Assembly (NCBI GenBank): GCA_942493075.1
Contig: OW818681.1
Location: forward strand, 5,899,296 to 5,963,295
Origin: an uncultured Verrucomicrobiota bacterium
GTDB taxonomy: Bacteria; Verrucomicrobiota; Verrucomicrobiia; Limisphaerales; UBA8199
Direction: 5' to 3'
Length of the DNA: 64,000 nt
In this document: positions 62,856-64,000 of the stretch, in pieces
How positions within the stretch are numbered: the first letter of the stretch is position 1
Layout of the letters: every line of letters starts with the position of its first letter
Notes under the pieces: model-generated
The model's input: only the letters and a program-made list of their open reading frames with translations
What the model was told of the DNA's origin: nothing
Databases searched by the model: none
Made by a program: the position numbers and the translations under genes

Positions 62856-64000
62856 ATGAAGAAGAAATCGCCAGCTTCAAGATCTGCCCGCCCCGCCATT
62901 CGGCGGATACGCACGAAATCTGTCCCGCCACAGCCGCCAGTTCAGAAAACTAAACTGACCGCGAATAAAGGCGCATCAGAAGCCCAGCCGCTATCAACAT
63001 CGCCCAAACCAGCCGTTTCGAAGATTTTAGAAGCGGCTGCAAAGCCCGCTCCCCCCGCGAAATCAAGCCCCGCTGCCCGGTCGAAGAGCCTGAAAACTGC
63101 GGCCAAAGCCAAGTCGCTGAAACCTGATAAACTAGCGAAAACCGGTTCGAAAGCGATTGTCCCACTGGTTGCCACGACAGAACCGGCTCAATCCATAAAG
63201 CCGCCTGTTAAGGCCCCTCGGAAAAAGGCGCCTATTAAAGCTACGGCCCAGTCCATGTCATCCCCGGTGCCTGTTGGCAAGCTCAGCCGCGCAAAGGTCG
63301 CTACACCCATTCCAGAACCGCCGACCCCGAACGTATCGAGGCGCAAACCCGTGCGCCCGAAGGAGAAACGGTCTGTCGCGGATGTGATTTCGGCCAACGC
63401 TCCTGCACGCGCGACAATAGCGTCGGCCCCGGCAGCCAGCGGGGCCACTCCCGTTCCGCCGCGAGCCGCTGTCGCTCCGGTGGAGGCAGCCACAACCTTG
63501 GCTCCAGTTACCGAGCCCCCGGCGCCCGCCACTGCTCCCGCGCCACGCACGCAATTGCCCCCTGATTTTCCGTTCCACGTTCCGAGTATCCTTTTAGAAG
63601 GCGACGAGCCGGCGACTGGCACGCCGATCAAAGTCTTGCCTCAAGCCAGCCGTGGGGCCGAGCAAACGTCAGTGCCTATGCGAGAGGTGGTGCAGATCCG
63701 GACTTCCCTGCACCTGGCAGCGCGAGATCCGCGATGCCTGTATGCGTCCTGGGACCTGAGTTTCGAGGAGCAACGCGCCTGCAATTCACGTTCAGCAGAT
63801 CACCATCTCGTTTTACGCGCGCGTTTGGGCGATAGCGCGGGGCCAATCGTTGCCGAAGTGCATGTGCACCCGGAAAGCCAGCATTGGTTCGTGCATGTGG
63901 ACCAGGCAGGCACGGGTTATACCGGCGAGCTCGGCTATTACACTCATAGCGGGCAGTGGGTCGCACTCGCTTATTCTCAAAGCGTAACCACGCCTTCGGA
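62856..64000 (+). CDS. Lys/Pro/Ala-rich protein with a C-terminal DUF4912-like domain. 3'-partial at the window edge. Not in the supplied ORF track because it runs off the end.
   Basis: ATG at 62856, and my manual translation found no stop through 64000. It reads MKKKSPASRSARP..., then a low-complexity K/P/A region, then LAARDPRCLYASWDLSFEEQ, which resembles the DUF4912 N-terminal motif. Confidence 0.5.
   Translation, partial: MKKKSPASRSARPAIRRIRTKSVPPQPPVQKTKLTANKGASEAQPLSTSPKPAVSKILEAAAKPAPPAKSSPAARSKSLKTAAKAKSLKPDKLAKTGSKAIVPLVATTEPAQSIKPPVKAPRKKAPIKATAQSMSSPVPVGKLSRAKVATPIPEPPTPNVSRRKPVRPKEKRSVADVISANAPARATIASAPAASGATPVPPRAAVAPVEAATTLAPVTEPPAPATAPAPRTQLPPDFPFHVPSILLEGDEPATGTPIKVLPQASRGAEQTSVPMREVVQIRTSLHLAARDPRCLYASWDLSFEEQRACNSRSADHHLVLRARLGDSAGPIVAEVHVHPESQHWFVHVDQAGTGYTGELGYYTHSGQWVALAYSQSVTTPS

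Overview
High-GC bacterial chromosomal segment, probably Verrucomicrobia/Planctomycetes-like. The clues are PEP-CTERM sorting signals, a prepilin N-terminus fused to an H-X9-DG domain, and futalosine-type menaquinone genes. Coding density is high (about 50 CDS) with many 4-nt ATGA translational couplings. Core genes include fabI, folP, trmL, ruvB, tadA, lolDE, groES/groEL and dnaK. Transporter genes include a MATE efflux pump, an MFS nucleoside transporter, a CPA2 antiporter with TrkA-C domains, and an exbB-exbD-tonB-like set. Menaquinone genes are ubiX with a UbiA/MqnP-family prenyltransferase, and a radical-SAM MqnC/MqnE gene. There is also an ExeA/GspB-like pair. Accessory content includes an Fe(III)-type ABC substrate-binding protein, a permease fused in frame to an NHL beta-propeller, and a BatA-like VWA protein, forming a translationally coupled trio. 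There is a COG4941 sigma-like/DUF1428/YciI-like cluster. An operon encodes a 725-aa flotillin, an 1845-aa AAA+ giant protein and a 279-aa unknown protein. Two identical tandem copies of a group II (IIC-like) intron with an En-less RT/maturase are present. Several small repeat families are present: three ~125-bp MITE-like palindromic elements, a conserved two-hairpin terminator-associated motif with compensatory changes, a 96-bp tandem duplication, and inverted repeat modules flanking a ~8-kb segment. A ~550-bp hairpin-rich non-coding stretch at 13.4-14.0 kb may be a structured RNA. No rRNA, tRNA or CRISPR array was recognised.
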